Shown: piece by piece, positions 30,341-40,733 of the stretch
Layout: the number at the start of each line of letters is the position of its first letter
Numbering within the stretch: the first letter of the stretch is position 1
Assembly: GCA_012838795.1 (NCBI GenBank)
Contig: DUOO01000033.1
Coordinates: forward strand, 64,058-128,057
Direction of reading: 5' to 3'
DNA from: Clostridiaceae bacterium
GTDB lineage: Bacteria; Bacillota; Clostridia; Saccharofermentanales; DTU023
Length of the DNA: 64,000 nt
Position numbers and translations under genes: made by a program
Notes under the pieces: generated by a model
What the model saw: only the letters and a program-made list of their open reading frames with translations
Database searches by the model: none
What the model was told of the DNA's origin: nothing

Positions 30341-31585
30341 ATGCCCTACGAAATCATCAAACAACAAGACCCGGAACTATATCAGGCTCTGAACGATGAA
30401 TTACAAAGACAAAAAGATCATTTGGAATTGATCGCTTCGGAAAATTTTGTCAGTGAAGCAGTATTAGCAGCCCAAGGTTCGGTTTTGACTAATAAATATG
30501 CAGAGGGGTATCCCGGGCGTCGTTATTATGGTGGCTGTGAATTTGTTGATGTTGCTGAAAAACTGGCAATTGCCAGAGCAAAAGAGTTGTTTGGTGCGGA
30601 ACATGTTAATGTTCAACCTCATTCCGGTGCCCAAGCCAATACCGCGGTCTATTTTAAAATGCTAAATCACGGTGACAAGATCTTAGGTATGGATTTAGAT
30701 CAGGGCGGCCATTTAACACATGGTATGAAAATTAATTTCTCCGGAAAGTATTTTGAAGCACATGGTTATAAAGTTGATCCGGAAACCCATCAAATTGATT
30801 ATGATATGCTGCGTGAAACTGCTAATAGAATTCGACCGAAAATGATTATAGCAGGAGCGAGTGCCTATCCGAGAAAGATTGATTTTGCAAAATTTAAAGA
30901 GATAGCTGATGAAGTCGGAGCTTTATTATTAGTTGATATGGCCCACATTGCCGGTTTGGTTGCAGCCGGCTTACATATGAATCCGATACCTTATGCCGAT
31001 TTTGTTACGACAACTACCCATAAAACCTTGCGTGGTCCTCGCGGAGGTTTAATTATGTGTAAAGAAGAATATGCAAAACAAATAGATTCAGCAGTATTCC
31101 CCGGTACACAAGGCGGACCTTTAATGCATGTAATTGCAGCAAAAGCGGTGGCTTTCGGTGAAGCTTTGCAACCTGAATTTAAAATATATTCTCAACAGAT
31201 TGTCAATAATGCAAAAGCTTTAGCGAACGGTTTACAAGCAAATAACGTAAATCTGGTTTCGGGTGGTACGGATAATCATTTGATTCTGGTGAACTTACGT
31301 GGAACCGGGATCACAGGGCGTGAGCTGGAAAAACGTTTGGAAGCGGTCAATATAACTACAAATAAAAATACAATTCCATATGATACGGAAAAACCGACAG
31401 TCACAAGTGGTCTCAGACTTGGTACACCGGCTTTGACTACAAGAGGCTTTGTTGAGAAGGATATGGAAGAAATTGCTGAATTGATTTCACTTGCAATCTT
31501 TGATTTTGAAAATAGCAAGTCGCAGATTTTATCGAAAGTGGCTGACTTATGTACCAAATATCCGCTTTATCCTAATTACAAATAA
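30341..31585 (+). CDS. glyA: Serine hydroxymethyltransferase
   Basis: [26 protein letters not shown] and [14 protein letters not shown] (PLP-Lys). GGAGG RBS. Confidence 0.97.
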   Translation: MPYEIIKQQDPELYQALNDELQRQKDHLELIASENFVSEAVLAAQGSVLTNKYAEGYPGRRYYGGCEFVDVAEKLAIARAKELFGAEHVNVQPHSGAQANTAVYFKMLNHGDKILGMDLDQGGHLTHGMKINFSGKYFEAHGYKVDPETHQIDYDMLRETANRIRPKMIIAGASAYPRKIDFAKFKEIADEVGALLLVDMAHIAGLVAAGLHMNPIPYADFVTTTTHKTLRGPRGGLIMCKEEYAKQIDSAVFPGTQGGPLMHVIAAKAVAFGEALQPEFKIYSQQIVNNAKALANGLQANNVNLVSGGTDNHLILVNLRGTGITGRELEKRLEAVNITTNKNTIPYDTEKPTVTSGLRLGTPALTTRGFVEKDMEEIAELISLAIFDFENSKSQILSKVADLCTKYPLYPNYK

Positions 31586-31603
31586 TTATTCTGTTAGAGG
31601 AGT

Positions 31604-32911
31604 ATGGAACAAACAAATTTTACAAAGCATAAACAACCGTTAGCTTATCGTATGGTTCCGCGTAAATTAGACGAATTTGTCGGGCAGGAACATATTTTGG
31701 CGGAAGGAAAAATGTTGCGCAGAATGATAGAAGCTGATCGTCTGAGTTCAATTATCCTTTTCGGTCCGCCCGGAACCGGTAAAACAAGTTTGGCCAGAGT
31801 AATAGCTGCGACAACGGAAATTGGATTTAAGCAACTTAATGCGGTAACTTCCGGTGTAAAAGACATTAAGCAGGTGATCAGCGATACACAAAATTTGATT
31901 TTAACTCCGCAAGGCAGAACTGTTTTGTTTATTGATGAGATTCATCGATTTAATAAAGCCCAACAAGATGCTTTATTGCCTCAAGTTGAAGACGGTACTC
32001 TGATTCTGATTGGTGCAACAACCGAAAATCCTTATTTTGAAGTCAACAAAGCATTGATCTCAAGATCGACTGTATTTCAACTTAAACCTCTGACCAAAGA
32101 CAATATTAAGCAAATTATCGAACGGGCACTGACAGATCGGGTATATGGCTACGGTGATTTAGATATTGAAATTGAAACCAAAGCGGAAGAATTCATCAGT
32201 GATTTATCCAACGGAGATGCGCGAATTGCTTTGAATGGTTTGGAGCTTGCGGTTTTGACTACACATCCGGACCAACAAGGGAAAATATTCATAGATTTAC
32301 CGACGATCAGGGATTGTATGCAAAAACGCAGTCCGGCTTTTGATAAAGGCGGAGAAGCTCATTATGATACGATTAGTGCCTTCATCAAATCAATGCGCGG
32401 CAGTGATCCCGATGCAACATTATTCTATCTGGCGCGGGCTTTACATGGTGGTGAAGATATTGAATTCCTTGCCAGGAGAATCGTGATTTGTGCTGCCGAA
32501 GATGTCGGTTTGGCAAATCCACAGGTGCTTTCAATTGCTGTTGCCGCATATCAGGCAACCAAAATGATCGGTATGCCGGAAGCCAGAATTATTCTGGCTG
32601 AAGCTGCTGTTTTGGTGGCCACTTCACCGAAATCCAATACAACATATTTAGGAATTGATGCAGCTCTCTCTGATGTGAAAAATCGCAGAACCGGTGAGAT
32701 TCCGTTCCATTTGCGCAATGCTCCGATTGAAGAAATGCAAAAACTCGGATATGCTCAAGGCTACAAATATGCACATGATTATCCGAATCATTATGTGAAA
32801 ATGCAGTTCTTGCCTGATGAAATTAAAAATAAAAAGTATTATCAACCGTCCGAACAAGGCTATGAAGCGAAAATCAAAAAATGGCTGGAATTTTTAGATT
32901 CGCCGGAATAA
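31604..32911 (+). CDS. rarA: Replication-associated recombination protein A (RarA/MgsA AAA+ ATPase)
   Basis: LAYRMVPRKLDEFVGQEHIL, GPPGTGKTS, FIDEIHRFNK.QQD, GATTENP and the C-terminal MgsA domain (HYD.ISAF.KS.RGSDPDA). Confidence 0.92.
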   Translation: MEQTNFTKHKQPLAYRMVPRKLDEFVGQEHILAEGKMLRRMIEADRLSSIILFGPPGTGKTSLARVIAATTEIGFKQLNAVTSGVKDIKQVISDTQNLILTPQGRTVLFIDEIHRFNKAQQDALLPQVEDGTLILIGATTENPYFEVNKALISRSTVFQLKPLTKDNIKQIIERALTDRVYGYGDLDIEIETKAEEFISDLSNGDARIALNGLELAVLTTHPDQQGKIFIDLPTIRDCMQKRSPAFDKGGEAHYDTISAFIKSMRGSDPDATLFYLARALHGGEDIEFLARRIVICAAEDVGLANPQVLSIAVAAYQATKMIGMPEARIILAEAAVLVATSPKSNTTYLGIDAALSDVKNRRTGEIPFHLRNAPIEEMQKLGYAQGYKYAHDYPNHYVKMQFLPDEIKNKKYYQPSEQGYEAKIKKWLEFLDSPE

Positions 32912-32937
32912 ATATAAACAAGAGTCAGTGCAAATTT

Positions 32938-33441
32938 TTAGTCAGAGGATGGCAATTGAATACGATTAACTAATAAATTACAAATTAATCCAATAGCAAT
33001 TCCTGCAAGAGTGCCGCTTACAATTAATATCGGCAGATAAAAGAATAGCCCGGGCGTATTCGCGATGAAAACTGCAATCAGAATTTGGCCTAAATTATGA
33101 CTGACACCTCCTACAACACTGATTCCCAATATTGAGAAAAATTTCATCTTTTTACAAAGTAACATCAAACCGATACTCATGAGTCCTCCCGTTATGCTAA
33201 AGAGAAATGAGAGGAAATTTCTAAATAACATAGATAATAATAAAATACGAATTCCGGAAATTATTAATGCATCGGACGGTTTCAGTTTGAAAATTGCGAA
33301 CATTACAGGAATATTTGCTAATCCCAATTTTATGCCGGGAACGATATAAATTTGCGGCAAAAAAGACTCCAAATAACTGAGTATCATAGAAATTGCGATG
33401 AGCATAGCCAGAAAAGTAATGCGTTTAGTTTTCATAATCAT
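32938..33441 (-). CDS. Gx transporter family membrane protein (Hpre_diP_synt_I-like)
   Basis: 167-aa polytopic membrane protein with the LGLANIPVMFAI motif I associate with this family. Paired with a NusG domain II protein, as is typical. Confidence 0.6.
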   Translation of the reverse strand: MIMKTKRITFLAMLIAISMILSYLESFLPQIYIVPGIKLGLANIPVMFAIFKLKPSDALIISGIRILLLSMLFRNFLSFLFSITGGLMSIGLMLLCKKMKFFSILGISVVGGVSHNLGQILIAVFIANTPGLFFYLPILIVSGTLAGIAIGLICNLLVNRIQLPSSD

Positions 33442-33447
33442 ACCAAT

Positions 33448-33813
33448 TCAATAACTGATCGAATCAAAAATCGGTTCTTTGTCAATAATAGTAATTACTA
33501 AATGATGTGGTAAACAAATGATTGTTTCACCTGAATATTGTATCTTAGGATGTTGAACACATATTTGATTTATACAATTTGCACTTTCAACCCAAACTTT
33601 ATTGTTTTGTATCACCAATTGATTGTATTGACCATTAGATTCAATCACCATATTTGTATCTTGATCCAACGGCAAATTATAAATTTCTTGATTATTGATA
33701 AGAACGGAAACGGTTCCACCTTCCTTTTTTATAGATTGGATGAAGAAAAATAAGATAGCAGCAAAGATCAATAAAGAAATTATTAAAATAAAATCATTGC
33801 GTTTTAATTTCAC
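33448..33813 (-). CDS. NusG domain II-containing membrane-anchored protein
   Basis: 121 aa with an N-terminal TM, then a beta-rich domain ending C.NQ.C...I...GE.I.CLPH..VI, typical of the NusG_II (former DUF1312) family. Confidence 0.6.
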   Translation of the reverse strand: MKLKRNDFILIISLLIFAAILFFFIQSIKKEGGTVSVLINNQEIYNLPLDQDTNMVIESNGQYNQLVIQNNKVWVESANCINQICVQHPKIQYSGETIICLPHHLVITIIDKEPIFDSISY

Positions 33814-33892
33814 GAAAAGACACTCATATCTAAATTTACTGAAGTTTCTATTTGTATTATACTATCAAGTAATTTAATTGAAAAGGTACCTT

Positions 33893-35050
33893 ATGGAGAG
33901 TCAAAAACTTAAATTTAACATTATTATTTTTCTGCTTCTTAATCTAATCCTCTTGATAGGATGTGATTCTAAACACACAGATAATTCAAAAACAACCTTG
34001 CCGGAAGATGAAATTCTTGAACAATCTGAACCTACCATTTACGAACGGAAATCTTCTGACAATACCGAAAAACAGGAATCATCTGTAAATACCGAAAAAC
34101 AGGAATCATCTGTAAATATCGAAGAACAGGATAATAAACTGATCGGTTCTGACTTTCTTCTTAATACATATTGTACAATTACACTTTATAATGAAAATGA
34201 TAAAGATTTAATCTATGATGCTTTTGCAATTTGCAGAGATTATGAAAATCAATTGTCCTGTAAAATTTCTAGTAGTGAAATATCGCAACTAAATAACAGA
34301 ATAATTAGTCAAGTTTCAGACAGTACCGTGGAAGTATTAGAAACAGCACTGCTATATTCAGAATTGTCAGAAGGAGCTTTAGATATTACGATCGGTTCTG
34401 TAACTGATTTATGGGATTTTACCTCAGGTTCTGAAATTGTTCCTTCACCGGACAGTATTCAGAAAGCTTTAATATCTGTAAATTATAAAAATCTTCAATT
34501 AAATAATAATCAAGTTATCTTTTCAAATGATGAAACAAGAATTGATTTGGGTGCTATAGCCAAAGGTTATATTGCAGATCAGATGAAAGCCTATTTAACA
34601 GAACAAGGCGTAGAAAGTGCAATTATCAATCTTGGCGGAAATGTTCTTTGCCTTGGGACAAAAGAGGACAATATTGGCTTTACCGTAGGTATTCAAAAAC
34701 CGTTCGCAGAAGGATATGTAGCCGGTGTACATTTAGATGATTTCTATCAATCTGTTGTAACATCAGGTATTTATGAAAGATTTTTTGAAAAAGACGGGAT
34801 TTTTTATCATCATATTTTAGATCCGAAAACAGGTATGCCGATAGATAACAGTTTAACATCAGTGACAATAATCAGCGAGGAAAGTGTAGACGGTGATGCC
34901 TTGAGTACTGCATGTTTTGTCCTGGGATTAGAAAAGGGGATGGAATTGATTGATAGTCTCGATAATGTTCATGCAATATTTTTAGATGAAGAAGAAAATC
35001 TGTATTTTTCTGAAAATTTATTAGAAGAATTGCAAATAGATATATTATAA
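33893..35050 (+). CDS. apbE: FAD:protein FMN transferase (ApbE family) lipoprotein
   Basis: Lipobox LLIGC. DLGAIAKGYIAD and TSGIYERFF...YHHILDPKTGMP ApbE motifs. The ATG at 33893 is preferred over the TTG at 33878. Confidence 0.88.
   Translation: MESQKLKFNIIIFLLLNLILLIGCDSKHTDNSKTTLPEDEILEQSEPTIYERKSSDNTEKQESSVNTEKQESSVNIEEQDNKLIGSDFLLNTYCTITLYNENDKDLIYDAFAICRDYENQLSCKISSSEISQLNNRIISQVSDSTVEVLETALLYSELSEGALDITIGSVTDLWDFTSGSEIVPSPDSIQKALISVNYKNLQLNNNQVIFSNDETRIDLGAIAKGYIADQMKAYLTEQGVESAIINLGGNVLCLGTKEDNIGFTVGIQKPFAEGYVAGVHLDDFYQSVVTSGIYERFFEKDGIFYHHILDPKTGMPIDNSLTSVTIISEESVDGDALSTACFVLGLEKGMELIDSLDNVHAIFLDEEENLYFSENLLEELQIDIL
34061..34130 (+). repeat. 27-nt in-frame tandem repeat (2 perfect copies plus a partial third) in the ApbE linker
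   Basis: AATACCGAAAAACAGGAATCATCTGTA occurs at 34061-34087 and 34088-34114, followed by a diverged partial copy. It encodes NTEKQESSV x2. Confidence 0.9.
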
Positions 35051-35087
35051 TTGCTTGTGATTAACCCGGAGATTAGAAAGAAACTAA

Positions 35088-36533
35088 ATGACAAATAATA
35101 AAGATAACAATAATAAAGATAACAATAATAAAGCTGAAACATTAAAAAAGCAATTGTTTATGAAAAAAGCAAATTGCTGGGATCTTCAAAGCAAAGATCA
35201 AGATAAAATATTTGAATTTGCTGAAGGTTATAAAAAAGCTTTAGATTATGGAAAAACTGAGCGACGTTTTATTTACTATACGGTTGAACAATTAAAATTT
35301 GCGGGATTTAAACATCTTTCTGAATTTGAAAAATTAGAACAAGGTAATAAAGTCTATGTTACTTTGCATGACAAAACTTTAATTGCTGCATTAATCGGAG
35401 CGGAAGAACCGAAAAACGGGTTTAATATTGTAGCTTCACATATAGATTCACCACGCTTAGATTTAAAACCTAATCCTTTGATTGAAGAAAATGAGCTTGT
35501 CTACTTCAAAACACATTATTATGGCGGAATTAAAAAATATCATTGGCTTTCAACTCAATTAGCATTGCATGGTGTAATTTATTTGAGTGACGGAGAAAAA
35601 GTTGAGATTAATATTGGTGATGCCGCTGAAGATCCGGTATTTACCGTAACTGATTTATTGCCTCATCTTGATTATCATCGGGCTGATAAAAAAATTACGG
35701 AATATGTTGAAGGTGAGAAACTTCAAGTTCTGATTGGAAGCATTCCCTATCCGGACAAAGATGTCGGTGAACGCTTTAAACTGGGTATTCTGAATCTGTT
35801 AAATGAAAAATACGGTATTAAAGAAGCTGATTTCAATCGAGCTGAAATTGAAGTTGTACCGGCTCATTTTGCCAGAGATGTAGGTTTTGATCGTTCGATG
35901 ATCGGCGCATATGGTCAAGACGACAGAGTATGTGCTTATACATCTTTACAAGCTCTGCTCGATACGGAAACAGTTACTAAAACAGCAGTGGTTTTATTTA
36001 CGGATAAAGAAGAAACCGGCAGTGACGGCAATACCGGTGCACAATCAAAAGTCTTTCAATATCTTTTGAACACACTGCATGAAAAGATGATCGGCCGGGA
36101 ACCGAGGATACAAGAGATTCAACAATTTTATCTTAATTCGAATTTGCTGTCATCCGATGTGACAAATGCTTTTGATCCGATCTATGCGGAAGTGTCTGAT
36201 CCGGTAAACAGTTCTTATATTTCTAAAGGTATGTCAATCAACAAATATACCGGTCATGCCGGCAAGTATAGCACGAACGATGCCAATGCGGAATTTGTTG
36301 CAGGTTTAACAAATTTGTTAGATGCGAATGATGTACCGTATCAAATCTCGGATATGGGAAAAGTTGATGCCGGTGGCGGAGGAACTATTGCCAAATATTT
36401 TGCTGCTACGGGAATGAATGTAATTGATTGCGGTGTCTGCATGTTTGCAATGCATTCCTGTTTTGAAATAACTTCTAAAATTGATGTATACAATACTTAT
36501 CGAGCCTACAAAGTATTTATGACTAAGGGTTGA
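35088..36533 (+). CDS. M18-family aminopeptidase
   Basis: ASHIDSPRLDLKPNP, HYYGGIKKYHW, DDRVCAY, DKEETGS and AMHS motifs typical of the aspartyl aminopeptidase-like M18 family. Confidence 0.8.
   Translation: MTNNKDNNNKDNNNKAETLKKQLFMKKANCWDLQSKDQDKIFEFAEGYKKALDYGKTERRFIYYTVEQLKFAGFKHLSEFEKLEQGNKVYVTLHDKTLIAALIGAEEPKNGFNIVASHIDSPRLDLKPNPLIEENELVYFKTHYYGGIKKYHWLSTQLALHGVIYLSDGEKVEINIGDAAEDPVFTVTDLLPHLDYHRADKKITEYVEGEKLQVLIGSIPYPDKDVGERFKLGILNLLNEKYGIKEADFNRAEIEVVPAHFARDVGFDRSMIGAYGQDDRVCAYTSLQALLDTETVTKTAVVLFTDKEETGSDGNTGAQSKVFQYLLNTLHEKMIGREPRIQEIQQFYLNSNLLSSDVTNAFDPIYAEVSDPVNSSYISKGMSINKYTGHAGKYSTNDANAEFVAGLTNLLDANDVPYQISDMGKVDAGGGGTIAKYFAATGMNVIDCGVCMFAMHSCFEITSKIDVYNTYRAYKVFMTKG
35094..35133 (+). 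repeat. 15-nt in-frame tandem repeat at the 5' end of the aminopeptidase gene
   Basis: AATAATAAAGATAAC occurs at 35094-35108 and 35109-35123, plus a 10-nt partial copy. It encodes (NNKDN)n. Confidence 0.9.
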
Positions 36534-36614
36534 TTCAAATTAGATATTTGATTTCTGCTCAGAATTTGGAGCCGTGCGTATTTTTATTTGCACAGCTGCA
36601 AAAAGTGAACAGAT

Positions 36615-37838
36615 TTATTTGAAAATCAAGCGGAAAAAGTTTTTCTTGCCACGACGGATAATAGCTTCACCGTCAACAAAATTATCGACAGTTAATATAT
36701 AGTAAGCATCGGATAGTGCGACATCATTCAGATAAACACCACCTTGTTTAATTAATCTGCGACCTTCGCTTTTGGAAGGAACGATTCCGTTGTCAGCCAA
36801 AATATCCAAAAGAGGTGTATTGAAAGCCACTTCTTGAGTCAGTTCCGTAGTTGGCATATCGTCTGATCTGCCCGAACCGGAAAACAATTGATGCGCTTGT
36901 TCCTGAGCTGATAAGGCGGCATCTTCACCATGAACGATTTTGGTTACTTCAAATGCCAATACTTCTTTAGCTTGGTTGATTGCCTGACCTTCCAATTTTG
37001 CATATTTGTTGATTTCGCTCATTGGTAAAAAAGTCAAAGTTTTCATTGTTTTAATAATTGAATTATCTTCCAAGTTTCTAAAGTATTGATAAAATTCAAA
37101 AGGTGGGAGCTTGTCGGCATCAAGCCATAAAGCTCCCTTTTGAGTTTTACCCATTTTATTACCTTCAGAATCTGTCAACAAATTAAAAGTCATGCCAAAT
37201 GCTTCACCTTGTTCTTTACGGCGAATCAGATCAACACCCGAAATGATATTGGCCCATTGATCGTTACCGCCCATTTGCAAGCGACAACCGTAACGACGAT
37301 ACAGCTCTAAAAAGTCATAGGATTGCAGAAGAATATAACTGAATTCAAAATAGGTGAGACCGTCTTCCAAACGATTTTTATAAATATCCGTAGCTAACAT
37401 TTTATTAACTGAGAAATTTACGCCTATTTCACGTAAAAATTCGACATAATTAATATCAAGCAGCCAATCGGCATTATTAACCAGAATAGCTTTATTATCT
37501 GAGAAATCAAGCAACCGGGACATTTGTTCTTTGAACTTATCTACATTGTGTTGGATTGTTTCAGGAGTCATCAATTGACGCATATCGGAACGACCGGACG
37601 GATCACCGATCATGCCGGTACCGCCACCCATCAAAGCAATCGGGATATGCCCCGCTTTTTGCATATGAGCCATAACCATCATTTGCGTTAAATGGCCAAT
37701 ATGCAGACTGTCGGCGGTAGGATCAAAACCGATATAGAATATTGCACCCGGTTTGGCAAGAAATTCTCTGATTTCTTCAGGATGTGTTGCTTGAGCTAAA
37801 TAACCGCGTTCGATTAAAATGTCATATACATTTGTCAT
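36615..37838 (-). CDS. tyrS: Tyrosine--tRNA ligase
   Basis: [14 protein letters not shown] (HIGH), KMGKT (KMSKS) and a C-terminal S4 domain ([17 protein letters not shown]). Confidence 0.96.
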   Translation of the reverse strand: MTNVYDILIERGYLAQATHPEEIREFLAKPGAIFYIGFDPTADSLHIGHLTQMMVMAHMQKAGHIPIALMGGGTGMIGDPSGRSDMRQLMTPETIQHNVDKFKEQMSRLLDFSDNKAILVNNADWLLDINYVEFLREIGVNFSVNKMLATDIYKNRLEDGLTYFEFSYILLQSYDFLELYRRYGCRLQMGGNDQWANIISGVDLIRRKEQGEAFGMTFNLLTDSEGNKMGKTQKGALWLDADKLPPFEFYQYFRNLEDNSIIKTMKTLTFLPMSEINKYAKLEGQAINQAKEVLAFEVTKIVHGEDAALSAQEQAHQLFSGSGRSDDMPTTELTQEVAFNTPLLDILADNGIVPSKSEGRRLIKQGGVYLNDVALSDAYYILTVDNFVDGEAIIRRGKKNFFRLIFK

Positions 37839-38025
37839 TAAATGCCTCCATCTATTTAAGAGTTACCTATACTGAAATACTCAGTCATTGATGCTAATCA
37901 TTTTTTGGTAACATTAAGTACTGAATCAATATTTTAGACTAATCAGTCTTTTTTGTTAAGGACAATTTTAATCAAGATAAATAATGTAGTGGGTTTTACT
38001 TGTATGTGTTTTGTTGATCGTTATT

Positions 38026-39288
38026 TCAAATAATTACGGGACTGGCAAAAATTTCATTTAAAGAACAGCCTGCTTGGCGCAACCAAATTCTGGCGGTACT
38101 TAATTCTAAATCTTCTTGCCAGAGATTATCCGGCGTCAGAACTGAACTCAGTTCACTGAAATTTGTAATAACCGGTAATTGAGCAGATTTCGACATACGT
38201 TTCAGTAGGTATCTGCCTTGTTTATTAAATCCTAATACGTGGATATAACTTGGAGTGAAATCCGGTTCTTCTTGGATATTTAATAACAAATTTGTCAAAG
38301 CGCGTTTTACACGAGTTACAGGTAATTGCTTGGTTTTTACTTGTTCTGCCAAATCTTCAATTTGCGGATAATTATGATTGGTAAATCGTACAATCTTTTT
38401 TAAACGGTTAAACAATGCTTCATCCAAATAGCGTGTCTTGGGCTCATGTGTTTTTTCAAGCGCATAATAATATAAATCAGCAAAGCGTTCCATATCAATT
38501 ACTTTATGTTGTGCAACATTGTAGAGTAAAGTTGCTAAAGCTTTATGCGGAACAACAGATGTTAACTTTTCAATCAGATTTGCAGGGAAACCGGATTCAC
38601 CGGATGATTTTATAATTTGATTACGAATTGCTAAAGCTGAGGCAAAATTACACTTTTCAGGAGCTTGAATGAAAAGGTCGTCTGCGCAACAATTAAATTC
38701 AGGATTCAGATAATTACTGCCTTGACGTTGGATCAGCCAAGGTTTTAAGTTTAATTTGTTTTTGTAAATAGATTTTAGATATTCAATTGCCAGTATTTGA
38801 TTCGACTGCTGTAAAAGTGAGGCAGTTTCAGAATTCAGCTTTTCTGCGACAAATTGTTCACGAGCTTTAGCGTATGATATTCCAAGCTTTAATCTTTGAT
38901 CAATGTAAAGCCATAACTCATCTTCTTGTTTAATAAGAAGTTCCGCAATTTGCTCCAATTCTTTTAAGCGATTTTGTTCTGCTCCGAAAGCTAAATTCTT
39001 ACATATTCCGGTTCGGTCGAGAATTATAGTAGCTGCAGAAGCAAATATTTCAGCTGAGCCTACAGCTGAAAAAGCAGGCATTTGTAAAACTAAATCTATG
39101 CCGTTCTCTAGAGCAATTTTAGCTCTTATTCGCGGTGAAGTGATTGCCGGTTCGCCTCTTTGACAAAAATAACCGGAAATAATCGCAATCAGAAAAGGTC
39201 TCTGACTTAAACTCCTGATCTGCTCAATTTGATAATGATGTCCATTATGAAAAGGATTATATTCAGCTATGATTCCGGTTATATTCAT
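38026..39288 (-). CDS. tmcAL: tRNA(Met) cytidine acetate ligase TmcAL (YlbM/UPF0348 nucleotidyltransferase)
   Basis: MNITGIIAEYNPFHNGHHYQIEQIR matches the YlbM family N-terminus. The start is trimmed to the ATG at 39288; the ORF-track extension to 39405 encodes a Cys/Tyr-rich junk leader and overlaps the divergent gene. Confidence 0.8.
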   Translation of the reverse strand: MNITGIIAEYNPFHNGHHYQIEQIRSLSQRPFLIAIISGYFCQRGEPAITSPRIRAKIALENGIDLVLQMPAFSAVGSAEIFASAATIILDRTGICKNLAFGAEQNRLKELEQIAELLIKQEDELWLYIDQRLKLGISYAKAREQFVAEKLNSETASLLQQSNQILAIEYLKSIYKNKLNLKPWLIQRQGSNYLNPEFNCCADDLFIQAPEKCNFASALAIRNQIIKSSGESGFPANLIEKLTSVVPHKALATLLYNVAQHKVIDMERFADLYYYALEKTHEPKTRYLDEALFNRLKKIVRFTNHNYPQIEDLAEQVKTKQLPVTRVKRALTNLLLNIQEEPDFTPSYIHVLGFNKQGRYLLKRMSKSAQLPVITNFSELSSVLTPDNLWQEDLELSTARIWLRQAGCSLNEIFASPVII

Positions 39289-39390
39289 ACAACAAATGTT
39301 CCTGTTCACTTTATTATTTTTAATATATATTCTAAGATAATAGCATAAGAGGATAAAACAAATAAGACTAAAGTAAGGATAGCAGTTTTG

Positions 39391-40695
39391 ATGTCCGGTA
39401 AACAAATTATCAAAAAAATTAAAATAATAATTCCTGTAATATTAATCATTATTACGATTTCTCTTTTATTCTTTTATCCGGGTTTTCTTTTAGACTCATA
39501 TGGGGTTGAGCCTCTGCCGAATCGATATTATTCAGTTTGGGACGATAAAGGAATTATCGAAAAGCTGAAGCCTGCCGATCGTAAATTAGAACAAGCTTTT
39601 AGAAATAATTTTCTTGTAAATATTGAATTGGAAAATAGCAAAAAAACATTTCAAGGTGTTGCAGAGGCTGTTGAGTTAGTTAAGAATGATCAAATAATAC
39701 AAGAAACTTCTATTAACTTGAATGATCAATTGCTTTGGGGAAAATATCTGGCGTTGGCCGGTGAAATAAAAGAATTCAATGAATGGCAAGAAATGATTAC
39801 AGAGCTCTATTTATTTGATCAAGCTTGGGTAATCCAAATAAACGCAAATGGCGAAAATGTTGCACAAACCGAAATCACTTGGCCATATGATTTACAATAT
39901 GCAGAAGTTTTGTTAACAGCTTATAACCGCAATCCGGGAAGAGATTTAAAACAAGATATCGAGCAGATTATGGAAAGAGTATGGCCGTATTTTTCTGCCG
40001 ATGAATTAACTCCTAATTATCAATCTGAAGTTGAAAGAATTTTTTATCCGGAAACCTCTTCATCAGACAAGCCGACTGAAAATCCGGAGTTAATAAATCC
40101 CTATCGATCTGCGAAAATAATTCGGCTTTCTGATGTGAATCTGTATGTTTTGGAATCCTTTAGTTTAATTGATCAGAAATGGCAGAAAACATATGAACGT
40201 TGGTCTGAATTGATTACTGATTCAATTGATTCGGAATCAGTATTTTATCCTTTCGGCATTATGCCTGATGAGCGAACTTATGTACCGACAGCAGAAACGG
40301 CATTTGCGGTTTCAACTTTAGATACAATGAAAATCGTATATCAATCAGGAGTTGAACATCAAAACTCAAATACGGAAGGTTATCTGAAACGTCAACTTCT
40401 GCAAACAAATAATCTTTATGAAATTTATAATCTTGCAACCGGCCAAAACATGAGTAATCAAACAGATGTTCAGTCGATGGCTTTATTTGCGAATCATTAT
40501 GTGAAGGATTCTTCAGATTCGGATGAATACTTGGATTCTGAAGTTTTAGCATCAATCAGGGCAGGCTTATCAACAAATCAATATAAAGACAATTTAAGCC
40601 CTCTGAATTATTTATTTTGTCGGACCGCTGATACTGAAGTACTTTTTATTGCTGCAGATCAATTATATGTTTTAATCAGCGGTATCATTAAATAG
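39391..40695 (+). CDS. Hypothetical membrane-anchored extracytoplasmic protein
   Basis: About 434 aa with one N-terminal TM (IIIPVILIIITISLLFF). The remainder is helical-looking and Trp/Tyr-rich, with no motif I can assign. A faint resemblance to (alpha/alpha)6 GH8-like folds is only an impression. Confidence 0.5.
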   Translation: MSGKQIIKKIKIIIPVILIIITISLLFFYPGFLLDSYGVEPLPNRYYSVWDDKGIIEKLKPADRKLEQAFRNNFLVNIELENSKKTFQGVAEAVELVKNDQIIQETSINLNDQLLWGKYLALAGEIKEFNEWQEMITELYLFDQAWVIQINANGENVAQTEITWPYDLQYAEVLLTAYNRNPGRDLKQDIEQIMERVWPYFSADELTPNYQSEVERIFYPETSSSDKPTENPELINPYRSAKIIRLSDVNLYVLESFSLIDQKWQKTYERWSELITDSIDSESVFYPFGIMPDERTYVPTAETAFAVSTLDTMKIVYQSGVEHQNSNTEGYLKRQLLQTNNLYEIYNLATGQNMSNQTDVQSMALFANHYVKDSSDSDEYLDSEVLASIRAGLSTNQYKDNLSPLNYLFCRTADTEVLFIAADQLYVLISGIIK

Positions 40696-40733
40696 CTCAG
40701 ATGAGTTATAAGTGTTGGTTGAGAGGAGAGCAC

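Noticed and set aside
36534-36614. Possible bidirectional terminator between the aminopeptidase gene and tyrS (GCCGTGC...GCACAGC)
   Set aside because: The stem needs a G-U pair, the loop is 12 nt, and no T-run follows on either strand. This is not convincing enough to call.
39289-39405. N-terminal 39-aa extension of the tmcAL ORF in the ORF track
   Set aside because: The conserved family N-terminus begins at MNITGIIAEYNPFHNGH (ATG at 39288). The extension is Cys/Tyr/Ile-rich and overlaps the divergent gene start.
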